A stretch of DNA of 64,000 nucleotides, taken from NCBI GenBank assembly GCA_963665115.1, contig OY762007.1:3392001-3456000 (forward strand), read 5' to 3'. Source of the stretch: an uncultured Rivularia sp. Lineage in GTDB: Bacteria; Cyanobacteriota; Cyanobacteriia; Cyanobacteriales; Nostocaceae. Both the position numbers and the translations under genes were made by a program. This document shows, one piece after another, positions 63,873-64,000 of the stretch. How positions within the stretch are numbered: the first letter of the stretch is position 1; every line of letters begins with the position of its first letter. The notes under the pieces were generated by a model that was not told where the DNA came from, did not search any database, and saw only the letters and a program-made list of their open reading frames with translations.

Positions 63873-64000
63873 AAATGATTTAATCTAGGTAGAGTACGAT
63901 ATGATTCGACCTATATCTCTACCTTTGATAGATAAAGATATTGTGGGTATTATGATACGCCTTTGAAAAGTTTATACAAGGTAAATTGTTTACTTATTTT

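Overview
64-kb chromosomal window from an AT-rich filamentous cyanobacterium, probably Nostocales (inferred from many HIP1 GCGATCGC sites, STRR heptamer tracts, Uma2 and PEP-CTERM genes). Core genes: proS, accB, efp, purN, hisG, aqpZ, cydAB, tamB. Accessory content: a TetR-linked glutaredoxin/AhpD-like fusion; a 14-kb co-oriented oxidoreductase cluster (six SDRs, OYE, ABMs, cupin, AraC, cNMP-TrxB); a REase-like/NACHT/14xWD40 protein next to a PemK/MazF pair; rhodanese and persulfide dioxygenase next to cydAB; an AraC-linked divergent ndhH; two PEP-CTERM paralogs. There are many MITE/REP-like repeats, five deletion-type pseudogenes and seven single-indel frameshifts that are probably assembly errors. 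The most striking signal is a tandem pair (period 299 bp) of a 211-nt highly structured element at 52212-52721. It has two three-way-junction domains, two reciprocal loop-loop pairings, G-U-compatible variation between copies, a glycine-aptamer-like core and a downstream terminator, and lies upstream of a DUF4291-like gene. All folds and family calls were made by eye, without software or database searches. No rRNA, tRNA, CRISPR array or intact transposase was seen.
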